Shown: positions 50,797-61,434, numbered from the stretch's first letter. The stretch: 64,000 nucleotides of DNA from Vicinamibacterales bacterium (GCA_965217045.1 CBDCHF010000007.1:211825-275824), one strand, 5' to 3'. The notes: generated by a model not told the origin, from the letters alone. Translations and numbers: made by a program.

Positions 50797-53706
50797 CTAC
50801 CAGTCGAACTGGAATGCGAACTTCGCCATTCGGCCGGTCAGAATCGTGATTGGCCTTTGCCAGGCCGACCCGTACACGTTGTTTTGGACCAACACGGGAT
50901 TCGTGTTGAACACGTTGTACAGGTCAAAGATTGCCTGGAGGCGAGCCTGATCGACCTGAAAGATCTTGGCGACGCGAACATCGACCTGATGCACCCGGTC
51001 GCCGTACTCGGTACCGGGCAGGACGAGGGGTATCTCCGGCGCCGTCGGCGTCTTCCCCAGCGCCGGGACAACTCCTGGGATCGTCCAGTTGGCGAGAATT
51101 TCCGTTCCGGCAAGAGTCTGGTATGTCGCGCTGGTGGTTACACCGCCCCAGGGGAGCGGGTAGACCCCGGCGAGCTTCACCTGCGTTTGGAACGGCGGTG
51201 TGACTTCGCAGAACCGCAGCGCCTGTGGCGAGTCTACGACGAAGCAGGTGCTCGTCTTGAGGCGTCCGGTACTGCTGCCTCCTTGCAGCACTGCTCCATT
51301 CGGAAATCGCAGGTTCACTCCCGTGTCAATTCCATCGTAGATCTGTGACTGGTCGCCGAACATCCCCTGCCGGGTAATCGTCGTATCGGCAAGTAGCGCC
51401 GTGGAGTTGATATCGAAGAGGCCCATGACCAGCTGGCCGCCGCCACCGGGCAACCGCGGATCCGCAGGCCCCATGACACTGTACTCCGTATAGTCGGCCG
51501 GCGTTGCCAGGGTCAGGTCGTCGACCCGGAAGTTGCCGAACCAGCGCCGATGGTACGACGCCTCAACCGACAGCCCGTCCATCACCTGCTGCTCGATACC
51601 GGCCATCGTTTCCCAGTTATACCCGCGCGTGCCCCATCCTGTGACCGCATCGCGGTTGTAACGAATGGGGGGGGTACCGGCCGCGCCGAACGCTGGGTTG
51701 AGCATCGCTCCGCACTCACCGTTCATGCCTCGCAGAGTCAAATCGCAATCGGGCATGTAGTTCCCGTTCGCGTCGGACCAGTCGCGATCGGTCTGCGCCA
51801 CCGCGGTCGCCCGCGTCGGATTGACCGCCTGGATGAAATTGGCGGCCTGCGCTTCGGAGTACCGGCCCAGGTTCCACTTGATGGCGGTGCGGCCATCGCC
51901 GAACAGATCGTAGCTGGCCCCCAGTCTGGGCGAGATATCCTTCCAGTTCACGATGTCGGGGATCGCGTCGAAGCTGCGCGCCCCGACGAATCTCCGTGCG
52001 GGTTCATTTTGCGCCGGGATGTCCATATTCAGGTAGTCAAACCGCACGCCGGCGTTCACGGTAAGCCGGTCGATCGTATATTGCTCCTGGGCATAAAGCC
52101 CGAGGTTCATGTCGAGATCTTCCAGGGACGTAGACGGGCTGTTGAGCTGCCTGATTCTATAAGGGGTGCCGGAGATGAACTGCCACCATTGGTCCTGCAC
52201 CACACCATGGTTCGACAAGCCGGTGCGCGACCCGTGGAACCACAAGGCCCCCACCTTGAGGGTGTGCGACCCGGTGACGTACGTCACACTCGCCTTGCCG
52301 TTCCACTGCTGGCTGTCCTGACGGATGGTGAAGATCGTGCTCCGGTACCGTGCGCCGGTGCCGAAATCGAATATCGCCGGGAGATCCAGGCGATTCTCCT
52401 CCTGCCGTCTGAACTGCCAGGAGTCGGGCTTGTAGGTTTCCCCGACTTCAATGAGCAACTGGTTGCTGAGCGTCCAGGTCCAGGTCGCTTGCATAATCCG
52501 GTCGACGGGGTCGTCAAAGACCGTGGTTGCCTCGAACGCCACGTTCGAGGCGAGTGCGTTGGCGGAGAGGTTGCGGCGCATGTCATCTCCGTAGATCGCC
52601 ACCTTGTGATTCTGCGCGACCTGCCAAGTCAGCCTGAGGTTGCCCCCTACGATCCGGTTCCGGTTGATGGCGCTCCGGCCCGGGTCGGGCGTGTAGAGCG
52701 CGTCGAATGGGTCGAGGTCGAAGCGGGCGCCCGAGGGTGCGTCGTCGATCCCGTAGCGTCGGAACGAACCGTAGAACCAGAGGCGGTCACGCTTGATCGG
52801 CCCGCCTATTCCCACGTTGACGTCGAACGTCTTCTCGATCACCGAGGCTGTGGTCGCCCCCCGCCCCCGCAGTTCACCATCCAGGTTGTCTGCTTGCAGT
52901 TCGTCCGAGTTGAAGTTGGCGAAGAAGTAGGCCGAAAAGTCGTTCCCGCCCTGCTTCGGAATGATGTTTGCCACGATGCCGCTCACCTCCTGCTCGGCCG
53001 AGCCGCCGGAGGTGTTGACGGCGATCTCTTCAACCATCCCGTTGTTGACGATGTACGGACCGGAGGAGGCGCCACCTACCCCGTAAATATTGGAGTAGCG
53101 CATGCCATCGAAGACCAGGGGCATCTCGGCCGCGGTGCTGCCGTGGATTCCCATCGCAGGGTTCGGCGTCGACATCTCGGAACTGCCGCCGACATCGTGC
53201 CGACTGGTCTGAACGCCCGGAATGAGGGCGACATAGTTGGCCCAATGCCGTCCCGTCGGGAGGTCGTCAAGGATGTCGCGGTTGATCTCCCGGTGCTGAG
53301 TAGAGCTTTGCACGTCGACCAGCGGCGACTGCCCGGATACCGTGATCGTTTCCTCGACGGAGCCGACCGCCATTTGGGCGTCGACGTCCACCGTGACCCC
53401 GGCGCTCATTATGATCCCTTCGCGCACGTGCGTGCTGAATCCCGGAAGCGTGAACGTGACGGTATAGGTGCCGCCCCGCAGGTCGATAATTCGGAACAAA
53501 CCCTGACCGTCGGTCACGGCGACCCGTGTACCTTCAATCAGCGCAGGGCTGGATGCTTCCACGGTCGTGCCGGGCAGCACCCCACCGGTCGTGTCCGTGA
53601 CCGCGCCGGCAATGGCGCCGGTTTGAGCGGACGCGATGCCCGGAAACAACATGACCGCCACCGCTGTTACTATCCACCAACTCCCAGATTTACACCAGAC
53701 TGACAT
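50797..53706 (-). CDS. TonB-dependent receptor (carboxypeptidase-regulatory N-domain, Oar-like)
   Basis: GAVTDTTGGVLPGTTV, YTVTFTLPGF, GGPIKRDRLWF, SPRLGASYD, NVFN, C-terminal FQFDW; RBS AGGAG. Confidence 0.9.
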   Translation of the reverse strand: MSVWCKSGSWWIVTAVAVMLFPGIASAQTGAIAGAVTDTTGGVLPGTTVEASSPALIEGTRVAVTDGQGLFRIIDLRGGTYTVTFTLPGFSTHVREGIIMSAGVTVDVDAQMAVGSVEETITVSGQSPLVDVQSSTQHREINRDILDDLPTGRHWANYVALIPGVQTSRHDVGGSSEMSTPNPAMGIHGSTAAEMPLVFDGMRYSNIYGVGGASSGPYIVNNGMVEEIAVNTSGGSAEQEVSGIVANIIPKQGGNDFSAYFFANFNSDELQADNLDGELRGRGATTASVIEKTFDVNVGIGGPIKRDRLWFYGSFRRYGIDDAPSGARFDLDPFDALYTPDPGRSAINRNRIVGGNLRLTWQVAQNHKVAIYGDDMRRNLSANALASNVAFEATTVFDDPVDRIMQATWTWTLSNQLLIEVGETYKPDSWQFRRQEENRLDLPAIFDFGTGARYRSTIFTIRQDSQQWNGKASVTYVTGSHTLKVGALWFHGSRTGLSNHGVVQDQWWQFISGTPYRIRQLNSPSTSLEDLDMNLGLYAQEQYTIDRLTVNAGVRFDYLNMDIPAQNEPARRFVGARSFDAIPDIVNWKDISPRLGASYDLFGDGRTAIKWNLGRYSEAQAANFIQAVNPTRATAVAQTDRDWSDANGNYMPDCDLTLRGMNGECGAMLNPAFGAAGTPPIRYNRDAVTGWGTRGYNWETMAGIEQQVMDGLSVEASYHRRWFGNFRVDDLTLATPADYTEYSVMGPADPRLPGGGGQLVMGLFDINSTALLADTTITRQGMFGDQSQIYDGIDTGVNLRFPNGAVLQGGSSTGRLKTSTCFVVDSPQALRFCEVTPPFQTQVKLAGVYPLPWGGVTTSATYQTLAGTEILANWTIPGVVPALGKTPTAPEIPLVLPGTEYGDRVHQVDVRVAKIFQVDQARLQAIFDLYNVFNTNPVLVQNNVYGSAWQRPITILTGRMAKFAFQFDW

Positions 53707-53765
53707 AGCTAGAACTCCTATCGATTCAACGGGCAGTACGCACGATAAGACCGACGCCGGCTGTT

Positions 53766-55688
53766 TCAGCGCGTCCTCCCGCTGGCGAGAAGACAGCGTG
53801 TTTCTTCCATCTTGACCACTTCTCCGGGCTTGAGGACGACCGTTTCCCGAGCACCGCACGGCCAGCGAACCTCCGCATCGACGGCGCCAACCACGCCCGG
53901 CAGCCCGATCAGTATCCGTCGGTCGTGCTCGGACAGATAGCTGCCTCCCGACGTCACATGGCGGGTCTGGGTGATATCACCGGTCACAACTTGCACGCGG
54001 GCGCCGATCGCATCGCGGTTACACCCCTTGCCCTGGAGCTCCAGCCGCGCCCACCTGTTCCGATGAGCGGTATCATTTCGAAGCAGCACCGCCGGCTCAT
54101 CGTTGTTCAGGACGACGACATCCCAATCGCCGTCGTTGTCGTAATCGCCAAACGCCGCCCCCCGTCCCACGTGCTCTTCCAGGAAGTACGAGCCCACCGG
54201 CGGCCCCAACGTGACATCGGTAAAGTGTCCCCGCCGGCCATCGTTGCGGTAGACCTGCGCGCGCTGCGCATACCCTTTCCGCAAACGGGACCGCGGATGC
54301 TTCTCCAGGTTGTCGTTGACGTGGCCGTTCGCGACGAACAGATCCAGATGGCCGTCGAGGTCGAGATCGACGAAGCGGGCGCCCCACTTGAGAAACGCGA
54401 GGCTGTAGCTCCAGATACCCGACGGCACGCTTTCATCGGTAAATGTCAGACCTTCACGATTCCTGTAGAGCGAACTGGGTTCCCCTTCGTAGTTCGTGAC
54501 GAAGAGATCGATCCATCCGTCGTTGTCGTAATCGGCCGCGTCGACACCCATGCCCGCATAGGCCTTCCCGTGCGACCCCACCGCCACACCCGCCTGCAGG
54601 GCCCGCTCGTGGAAAGTTCCGTCGCGGCGGTTCATGAACAGCAGATCCGGCAGCATGTCCGATGCGACGAAGATGTCCGGATACCGGTCGTTATCGAAAT
54701 CGGCGACGGCGACACCTAGACCGTGGCCGGTGCTGCCGGCGATGCCGGAAGATTCCGTCACGTCCGTGAACGTGCCGTCGCGCGCATTCCGATAGAGGCG
54801 ATTCACCGCGCCGCCGTATGCCGGCGGTCCGCAATACGCCAACCGGAGATTGTCGTCCGCTGGAAGCGGAGCAGTCCGGGGCTGGGCAACCAGGACTGGC
54901 TCGCGGACGCTCGTCGGGTCGATGCACCGCACGTCGTCTTCCAACGAATAGTCCGTGTAACGAGCGACGAACAGATCCAGCCATCCGTCATTGTCGTAGT
55001 CGAGAAACGCGGCGCCCGCAGACATTGGCGGCGCCCCGACACCAGCTTCCAGTGTGGCATCGGTGTAGCGCCCCTGGCCGTCGTTGCTGAAAAGAGCGTT
55101 CCCCTGCAGGTTCGTGACGAACAGATCGGTGTCTCCGTCGTTGTCGTAGTCGGCGGCCGCCACACCCAACCCGTAACGCTGGTCAGTCAGTCCTGCCTCA
55201 ACGGTGACATCGGTGAACGTGCCATCCCCGTTGTTTCCATAAAGGACGTTCCCCGACAGCGGCGGACCCTGGTATCCGGGCAGTGCTGCGCCCTGAACGA
55301 AGAAGAGGTCGAGAAACCCGTCCCGATTGTAGTCGAGAAAGGCCGCCGTTCCGCCAAACTGCTCGGGATAGTAATGCCGCCCGCTCGCGCCCCGGGCATG
55401 CCGGAACTTCAACCCGGATGCTTCGGTGACGTTGCGCAGCCGTATCGCCGGCGGGCGCCCGGCAGCTGACGACCGGGTCTGGGTATTTCCCGAAGGCTGC
55501 CAGTAGCCGAGCAGCGATACAATGCAGCCGAGAGTCGTGAGAGTGGCGAGGTAACGCGTCCGGCGGGATCGACCGTGTTTCATGACAGCACGCAGCCCGG
55601 GTCCGGCGCCGACCTTCGCCGAGCCCCCGGACGACCCGGGAGACGATTCACAACTGACAATTGCGGGGCGCCGGCGTCCATGATTCAT
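53766..55688 (-). CDS. CRTAC1-family FG-GAP/VCBS repeat protein with ASPIC/UnbV domain (start may be 55583)
   Basis: Repeated DYDNDG.DLF motifs; NRDAIGARV, GGSYLS, VRWP. Confidence 0.88.
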   Translation of the reverse strand: MNHGRRRPAIVSCESSPGSSGGSAKVGAGPGLRAVMKHGRSRRTRYLATLTTLGCIVSLLGYWQPSGNTQTRSSAAGRPPAIRLRNVTEASGLKFRHARGASGRHYYPEQFGGTAAFLDYNRDGFLDLFFVQGAALPGYQGPPLSGNVLYGNNGDGTFTDVTVEAGLTDQRYGLGVAAADYDNDGDTDLFVTNLQGNALFSNDGQGRYTDATLEAGVGAPPMSAGAAFLDYDNDGWLDLFVARYTDYSLEDDVRCIDPTSVREPVLVAQPRTAPLPADDNLRLAYCGPPAYGGAVNRLYRNARDGTFTDVTESSGIAGSTGHGLGVAVADFDNDRYPDIFVASDMLPDLLFMNRRDGTFHERALQAGVAVGSHGKAYAGMGVDAADYDNDGWIDLFVTNYEGEPSSLYRNREGLTFTDESVPSGIWSYSLAFLKWGARFVDLDLDGHLDLFVANGHVNDNLEKHPRSRLRKGYAQRAQVYRNDGRRGHFTDVTLGPPVGSYFLEEHVGRGAAFGDYDNDGDWDVVVLNNDEPAVLLRNDTAHRNRWARLELQGKGCNRDAIGARVQVVTGDITQTRHVTSGGSYLSEHDRRILIGLPGVVGAVDAEVRWPCGARETVVLKPGEVVKMEETRCLLASGRTR

Positions 55689-55714
55689 TCGTTCGATTCC
55701 GTTGCCTACCCGTC

Positions 55715-57067
55715 CTACACTTCGGAGAGGCCCCGCAGCTTGCCGGTGCTGTCGGCGAACCGTTCCAGGGGAAGACCGAGCTTGTCCAGCAGTGTCACGT
55801 GCAGATTGGCAATGGGCACGCCGGGATACCGAACGTGGCGGCCACCCTGCAACCGCCCGGCCCCGCCACCGAGCAGCGCGACAGGCAGATCCTCATGCGA
55901 GTGCACGTTGGCATTGCTGAGGCCTGAACCATAGAGGATGATTGAATGGTCCAGCAACGAGCCGTCCCCGTCCGGCGTTGCCCTCAATTTCTCCACGAAC
56001 TCGGCAAACAGCGTCGTCATGAAGATGTTGATCTTTGTCACCTTGTTGACAGGCTCGGGATCAGTATTGTGAGTCAACGGGTGATGCGCGTCGGAGACGC
56101 CAATTTCAGGGTACGGACGGTCGCTGCCTTCGTGATTGAGCATGAAGGTGAAGACGCGCGTGAGATCGCTCTGAAGCGCCAGCGCCTGCAGGTCGAACAG
56201 CAGCCGGGCATGATCGTCATACCGCTCCGGAATGCCACCACTGGGACGCTCGACAAGAGGGAACTCGCGGTCGCTTTGCTCTTCCGCCTTTTGAATCCGC
56301 CACTCGATGTCGCGAACCGACGTGAGATACTCGTGAAGCTTGGCCCGATCGCCGGAGCCGAGCTCCCTTTGGAATCGAGCCACCTCCTCGGCCACCGAGT
56401 CGAGGACGCTGCGCTGCTTTTCGATTCGGGCCAGCCTGACCGCCGGGTCCGTACTCGTGACGTCGCCGAAAAGACGCTCGAAAACGACGCGCGGGTCGGT
56501 CTCCATTTGCAGCGGTGTCGTGGGAGTGCGCCACGAGATCGTGCGACTGTACGGGCACGCGTAACCGGGGTCGCAACCGCCCACCTGAACGTTCGAGCCC
56601 AACGTCAGCTCGAGCGAGCGCAACTGAGTGTGTTTGCCAAAATCATCCGCCACGATCTGATCGATCGACGTCCCCAATTGCATGTCGGCGCCGTCTGTCT
56701 TCCTGGCATGTGCCGACGTCAGGAACGCGGCAGCAGCGCGGGAATGGTCTCCGGTGCCCTCGCCCGGGCGCGGGTCCGCAATCGGGTTGCAGAGGCCGCC
56801 CAACACGAGCATGCGATCCTTGAACGGTTGGAGTGGTTCCAGAATCCGAGGGAACTCGAAGTCGGCGCCGACCGAGGTCGGCCGCCAGTTCGCCATGATC
56901 ATCCCGGTCGGAGCGTAGACCGTGCCGAAACGGACGAGCGGCCTGGCCGCCGTGTTGCGCAGCGCAGCGAACGCCGGCACCATGCCGTCCAGCAGTGGCA
57001 GAGCCAACGATGCGCCCAAGCCACGCAGGATCGTTCGGCGCGGGATGGCCTTCTTGAAGGCAATCAT
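55715..57067 (-). CDS. DUF1552 (HXXSHH) protein
   Basis: RRTILRG Tat-like leader, LPLLDGM, SIDQ, PRVVFERLFG, HHPLTH, YGSGL..H; ATGA-coupled to the upstream gene. Confidence 0.88.
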   Translation of the reverse strand: MIAFKKAIPRRTILRGLGASLALPLLDGMVPAFAALRNTAARPLVRFGTVYAPTGMIMANWRPTSVGADFEFPRILEPLQPFKDRMLVLGGLCNPIADPRPGEGTGDHSRAAAAFLTSAHARKTDGADMQLGTSIDQIVADDFGKHTQLRSLELTLGSNVQVGGCDPGYACPYSRTISWRTPTTPLQMETDPRVVFERLFGDVTSTDPAVRLARIEKQRSVLDSVAEEVARFQRELGSGDRAKLHEYLTSVRDIEWRIQKAEEQSDREFPLVERPSGGIPERYDDHARLLFDLQALALQSDLTRVFTFMLNHEGSDRPYPEIGVSDAHHPLTHNTDPEPVNKVTKINIFMTTLFAEFVEKLRATPDGDGSLLDHSIILYGSGLSNANVHSHEDLPVALLGGGAGRLQGGRHVRYPGVPIANLHVTLLDKLGLPLERFADSTGKLRGLSEV

Positions 57068-59490
57068 GATTCCGACCTCCTCATCTGAAACGGAACGCTC
57101 TTGACTACCTCCAGGATGATCGAAGACCACCGGTAGTCGTTTCGGGCGCTCTGCCGAATGATCCGCCGAATTGCCGGCATATCGTAATAGTCGATTCCGC
57201 GACCCAGCGCATACGTCAGAAGCTTTCCGGCAACCGCAGCGACAAATTCCTCGTCGCGATTCACCAACATCGCGCGCAGCTCGGACACGCCGTCGAACGT
57301 GGTTCCATCGAGCATGCCCGATGCGTCGATCGGCGCGCGGCCCTGGTGCGTACGCCACTGCCCGACCCCATCGAAGTTCTCCAGCGCGAAACCCAGCGGG
57401 TCGATCCGCGCATGACACGCCGCGCAGGCCGGATTCCGCCGGTGTTGCTCCAGTCTCTGCCGCATGGTGCGAAACTTGACGCCCGGCCGCTCCTCAAGCG
57501 CGGGCACGTCAGGAGGAGGAGCAGGCGGCGGCGCACCGAGAATATTCTCCAGCACCCATTTGCCCCGCAGGGTCGGGGACGTCCGATTGGCGTACGACGT
57601 CACCGTGAGAATGCTTGCCTGGCCAAGCAAGCCGCCCCGCGCCGCGTCCTCCAGTTCGACACGCCTGAAATGAGCACCGTACACCTTCGGAATGCCGTAG
57701 TGCCGAGCCAGTCGTTCGTTGAGGAACGTATAATCCGCCTGCAGCAGGTCAACCACGCTCCGGTCGTCGCGCAGCTGGCTTTCGAAGAACAGCTCGGTCT
57801 CCCGACGGAATGCTTCGCGCAGTTCGTCGTCGAAGTCCGGAAATGTTTTCGGATCCGGCCGCACGACCTGCAGATCGCGCAGCCGCAGCCACTGCCCCAC
57901 GAAATTGCTGGCGAGCGCTCTGGACTTGAGATCGCTGATCATGCGGCGAACCTGCTGCTCCAGAATCACCGAGTCCTTGAGCCTGCCGGCCATCGCGAGG
58001 TCAAGCAATTCCCGATCCGGGATGCTGCTCCAGAGAAAAAACGACAGCCGGGACGCCAATTCCACGTCGTCAACGCGATAGGCGATCCCCGGCTCGACAG
58101 CGGGCGGATCACGTTCGGCGCGGAACAGGAACCGAGGACTCACCAGGATTCGCTCGAGCGCCAGTTGGATGCCCCCTTCGAAGCTGCGCTCCCGCCGGCC
58201 CTTTTCGTAGAAGGCGAGCAATGTCTCGACATCTGCATCCGTCACAGGCCGGCGATAGGCGCGCGCAGCCAAGCCGGACAGTATCTCTCTGGCACATGCA
58301 CCCGCGTGCAGGTCGCTGGTCGGATAACAGACGAAAATGTTCCGCCGACTGGGGCTCTCCCGAGGCGTCGTGGCGTTGTAGGGACCACCGAGCTCCACAC
58401 GATCGATGCGCGGTGGTGCGTCCCTATCGTTTTGAAACGAGTAGTTCGACGTCGGAAAACGCGGCGCCAGGTCTTCCCGCTCCAACGTTGCATCGTGAAA
58501 AGCCACACCGACGACATGGGTGCCCGCCGCAATCGGAAATCTGACCTCGTACGTATCGGGAAACTCGAATTGCCTGGTATAGATGTCGTTGGCTTGGCGC
58601 CGAGTCGGAAGGTCGGCCTCCAGACCATCGGCACGCGGGTCGAAACCGAATGGGATCTTCTCGACCGGAACACCGTCCACCCGCACATCGATGACGCTTC
58701 GATGCGTGACACCCATCAGGGAATCCTGACCGACCGCGTACTTCATGTGGATCTTCAGGATGTACTCGCCGTCCACCGGAAAATAGCGGCGAAACGAGAT
58801 CCCGCCGCGGGTGCCCCAGGGCAAATCGTCACTCGCCCGAGCTTCCTGCCTCACGTTATGGGGCACCCGGTAGACATCAACGATCGGACGAATAGCCACC
58901 GCATCGCCAACGGCGAGACGGCTGATCTTTTCCGCCGCTGCCAGGTAGCGTTCCAGCAGCGCCGGCGAAACCGTAAGAATATCGGCGATATTGTCGAAAC
59001 CGAACGCCGAATCGTCGGGTGGCAGCAGTGACGTGCCATCGATCGCGAGCGACAGCAGGTCGCGAACCGCGTTCACATATTCGGCACGGTTGAGGCGATG
59101 CAGAACCGCCCGCCCGGGATTGGGTCTGGCGGCGGCCGCCTGATCGATTTCCGTTTCCAACCAGGCGACGAGGTTGTGCACCGCCGCGCCGTCCGGGCGC
59201 GGCCGGCCGACCGGGGGCATCGCGCCGGTCCGCAGCTTGGCCACCACCTTCTCCCATACTGCGGCGTCGCCCGGAACATGTTCGACGTCCAGCCTGTCGA
59301 GCATCAGTCCGGCTGTCTCGAGCTGCTCGTTATGACATGTTATGCAGTAGCGATCGAGCAGCGCCTGATAGGTTGCCACCGGGGATCGCTCCCGGCTCCG
59401 GGTGCTCGACGCGCCCAGATCGGCGGCACTCGCCGCGACCAGCACGGTCAAGACGCAACCCAAGGCGAATCGGCGCGGGTTCCTGGTCAT
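57064..59490 (-). CDS. DUF1587/1595/1592/1588/1585 protein with c-type haem motifs
   Basis: CITCH, RLNRAEY, GFDN, ASRLSFFLWSS, TSPTLRGKW, CAACH, DPLGFALENFD. Confidence 0.9.
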   Translation of the reverse strand: MTRNPRRFALGCVLTVLVAASAADLGASSTRSRERSPVATYQALLDRYCITCHNEQLETAGLMLDRLDVEHVPGDAAVWEKVVAKLRTGAMPPVGRPRPDGAAVHNLVAWLETEIDQAAAARPNPGRAVLHRLNRAEYVNAVRDLLSLAIDGTSLLPPDDSAFGFDNIADILTVSPALLERYLAAAEKISRLAVGDAVAIRPIVDVYRVPHNVRQEARASDDLPWGTRGGISFRRYFPVDGEYILKIHMKYAVGQDSLMGVTHRSVIDVRVDGVPVEKIPFGFDPRADGLEADLPTRRQANDIYTRQFEFPDTYEVRFPIAAGTHVVGVAFHDATLEREDLAPRFPTSNYSFQNDRDAPPRIDRVELGGPYNATTPRESPSRRNIFVCYPTSDLHAGACAREILSGLAARAYRRPVTDADVETLLAFYEKGRRERSFEGGIQLALERILVSPRFLFRAERDPPAVEPGIAYRVDDVELASRLSFFLWSSIPDRELLDLAMAGRLKDSVILEQQVRRMISDLKSRALASNFVGQWLRLRDLQVVRPDPKTFPDFDDELREAFRRETELFFESQLRDDRSVVDLLQADYTFLNERLARHYGIPKVYGAHFRRVELEDAARGGLLGQASILTVTSYANRTSPTLRGKWVLENILGAPPPAPPPDVPALEERPGVKFRTMRQRLEQHRRNPACAACHARIDPLGFALENFDGVGQWRTHQGRAPIDASGMLDGTTFDGVSELRAMLVNRDEEFVAAVAGKLLTYALGRGIDYYDMPAIRRIIRQSARNDYRWSSIILEVVKSVPFQMRRSES

Positions 59491-59564
59491 GTCGAATATC
59501 ACCTTGATCCGCTCGACCAGAATCGTGGCGGCGCGGCGAAATAATCTGCCAGCAAAGGACCAGT

Positions 59565-61283
59565 CTATCTGGAGACCTCCACCCTGGACGCATCCACCGA
59601 GCCGTCCCACGGTTGGCCGTTCTCATCGAGAAGGTGGCCAAGACGCGTGGCTGTCACGTGGACCGTGGCTCCGACTGCGAGCTCCGCGCAGCTTCCGGCG
59701 CCGTATTCTGTCTCTGCGGTCGTGTTGAGTCGAATGCCGGCGCCGTAACCCCTGAATTCCACCGTGCCGGCGACGATAATCGCAGGCGTGGGGCAGGATG
59801 CCTCAAGCGACCTGATCGTGCCCGAGAATCTCATGACATTACTGCCGCCGGCCGCTCGCAACAGCTCCGCCGTGCTTTCCGAATAGAAGGTGTTGCCGCC
59901 AGTGTCGGGACCGGTGAAGCCTTCCGCGATAACCAGGGGCGTTTCACCGGCCTTGTTCCTCGCGTTCACCGCGGCGCCGCTGTCGAGCAGGAACCGCACC
60001 ACGGGGTCCGACTGAAAGTAGGCGGCACCATGGAGGGCGGTGTCACCGACCGCGTTGGCATCATTGATGTCGATGCCGGCGTCTAGCGCCACCTGGACGG
60101 CCTCCAGTGCTTCCCTGTTCTGAACGCGGCTCTCCCCGTGGATTCGACCGTATCCCGCCGCGGCCATAAGGGCAGTGGACCCGTTTGTCGTGGTCAACGA
60201 CGGGTCGGCGCCGGCGGCCAGCAGCTCGCGCATGATGTCCGGAAGCCCTCCCAGCGCCGCCAGCACGAACGGTGTCGCGCCGGAGAAATTTCCCAACCGG
60301 GATCCGCTTCCATAGCCGAAGCGAGGCGGCCGCCGCTCAATCGTTGCATTGGGGTCCGCACCGTGATCGAGGAGAGCCTTCGCGAGCGCCAGTTTTCCCG
60401 GACCTCTGGCCCCGATCCATTCGTACCCGTCCGGGCCCAGGGCGCCACTGATGTCGTTTTCCCACGATCCGGCGGCCCAGTGCAGAGCGGTGAAACCGGT
60501 GGCGTTCTCGTTCGGGTTCGCGCCTTGCTCGAGCAGAAATCCGGCGAGATCCCAGTGACCAGTGTAGGTTGCCGCCACGAGCGCCCCGGTACCGTCCGAT
60601 GCAAGCCCGTTGACGTCGGCTCCGTCGGCAAGCAGGACCCGCACCGCATCGGCGGCGCCTGCGCGGGCCGCGAACAAGAGCGGCGTGAATTTCGCGTTCG
60701 CCGTCGCGGTCTGGACATCGGCGCCTTGCTCGATGAGCAGGCGGGCAACGTCCGCGTGATTCTGCGCGGCGGCCCACATCAGCGCAGTCTGCCCTTGCAC
60801 GCCTTCTTTGGCGTTCACGTCCGCGTCACGCGACAGGAAGGCCTTCACGGCGTCGATATTCCCCGTTCGCGCGCAGGTCATCAGAGCGGTTTCGCCGGTA
60901 GAACGCGTCACGTTCACATCGGCGCCAGCGTTCAACAGCTTCCCGACCAGCGTGGCGTTCCCGTTGGTACAGGCCAGCGACAGAGGCGTCACACCGAGAT
61001 CGGTCGCGACGTTCACGGCCGCTCCCGCATCGAGCAGCATTCCCACCGCTTCCAAGTCGCTCCACTGGACCGCCCAATGCAGGGCGCTCGTACCGTCGGC
61101 CCACTGCGCGTTTACGTCGATGTTCCGACTCAGCAGCGCACGAAACGTCTCGCGATCCCGCTCCTTCACCGCTTTCAGCAGCGCAGGCTCGCCGGGGCCG
61201 GCGGCCAAGCTCGTCGTCAGAGCCAGCAGGGCGATGAGCGCATACGCAAGAACCGCAACTTCAACCCTGGATCCGTTCGACAT
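59565..61283 (-). CDS. Exported ankyrin-repeat protein
   Basis: Signal peptide; repeated G.TALHWA / TPL..A motifs; C-terminal small beta domain with Cys pair. Confidence 0.9.
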   Translation of the reverse strand: MSNGSRVEVAVLAYALIALLALTTSLAAGPGEPALLKAVKERDRETFRALLSRNIDVNAQWADGTSALHWAVQWSDLEAVGMLLDAGAAVNVATDLGVTPLSLACTNGNATLVGKLLNAGADVNVTRSTGETALMTCARTGNIDAVKAFLSRDADVNAKEGVQGQTALMWAAAQNHADVARLLIEQGADVQTATANAKFTPLLFAARAGAADAVRVLLADGADVNGLASDGTGALVAATYTGHWDLAGFLLEQGANPNENATGFTALHWAAGSWENDISGALGPDGYEWIGARGPGKLALAKALLDHGADPNATIERRPPRFGYGSGSRLGNFSGATPFVLAALGGLPDIMRELLAAGADPSLTTTNGSTALMAAAGYGRIHGESRVQNREALEAVQVALDAGIDINDANAVGDTALHGAAYFQSDPVVRFLLDSGAAVNARNKAGETPLVIAEGFTGPDTGGNTFYSESTAELLRAAGGSNVMRFSGTIRSLEASCPTPAIIVAGTVEFRGYGAGIRLNTTAETEYGAGSCAELAVGATVHVTATRLGHLLDENGQPWDGSVDASRVEVSR

Positions 61284-61368
61284 CCGGCAACTCCCGACAG
61301 CAGCCCACCCGCAACGGGTTGGCACGCCAGCACCCGCCACGGACTCATCATTTCACCACCAAGACCCC

Positions 61369-61420
61369 ATGCTAAGGCGTCCGAGAGCCCTTCTCAACAG
61401 GTGAATTGTTATAGATTGTC
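61369..61420 (-). promoter_or_regulatory. Direct-repeat operator + sigma70 promoter
   Basis: Minus strand GACAAT-CTAT-AACAAT, 7 bp, TTGAGA, 17 bp, TAGCAT. Confidence 0.65.
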
Positions 61421-61434
61421 AAAGCGTTCAGGCT

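Noticed and set aside
55642-55661. Fourth copy of the operator (GACGAT...GACAAT)
   Set aside because: 14-bp period, wrong orientation for the operon, and no matching promoter geometry
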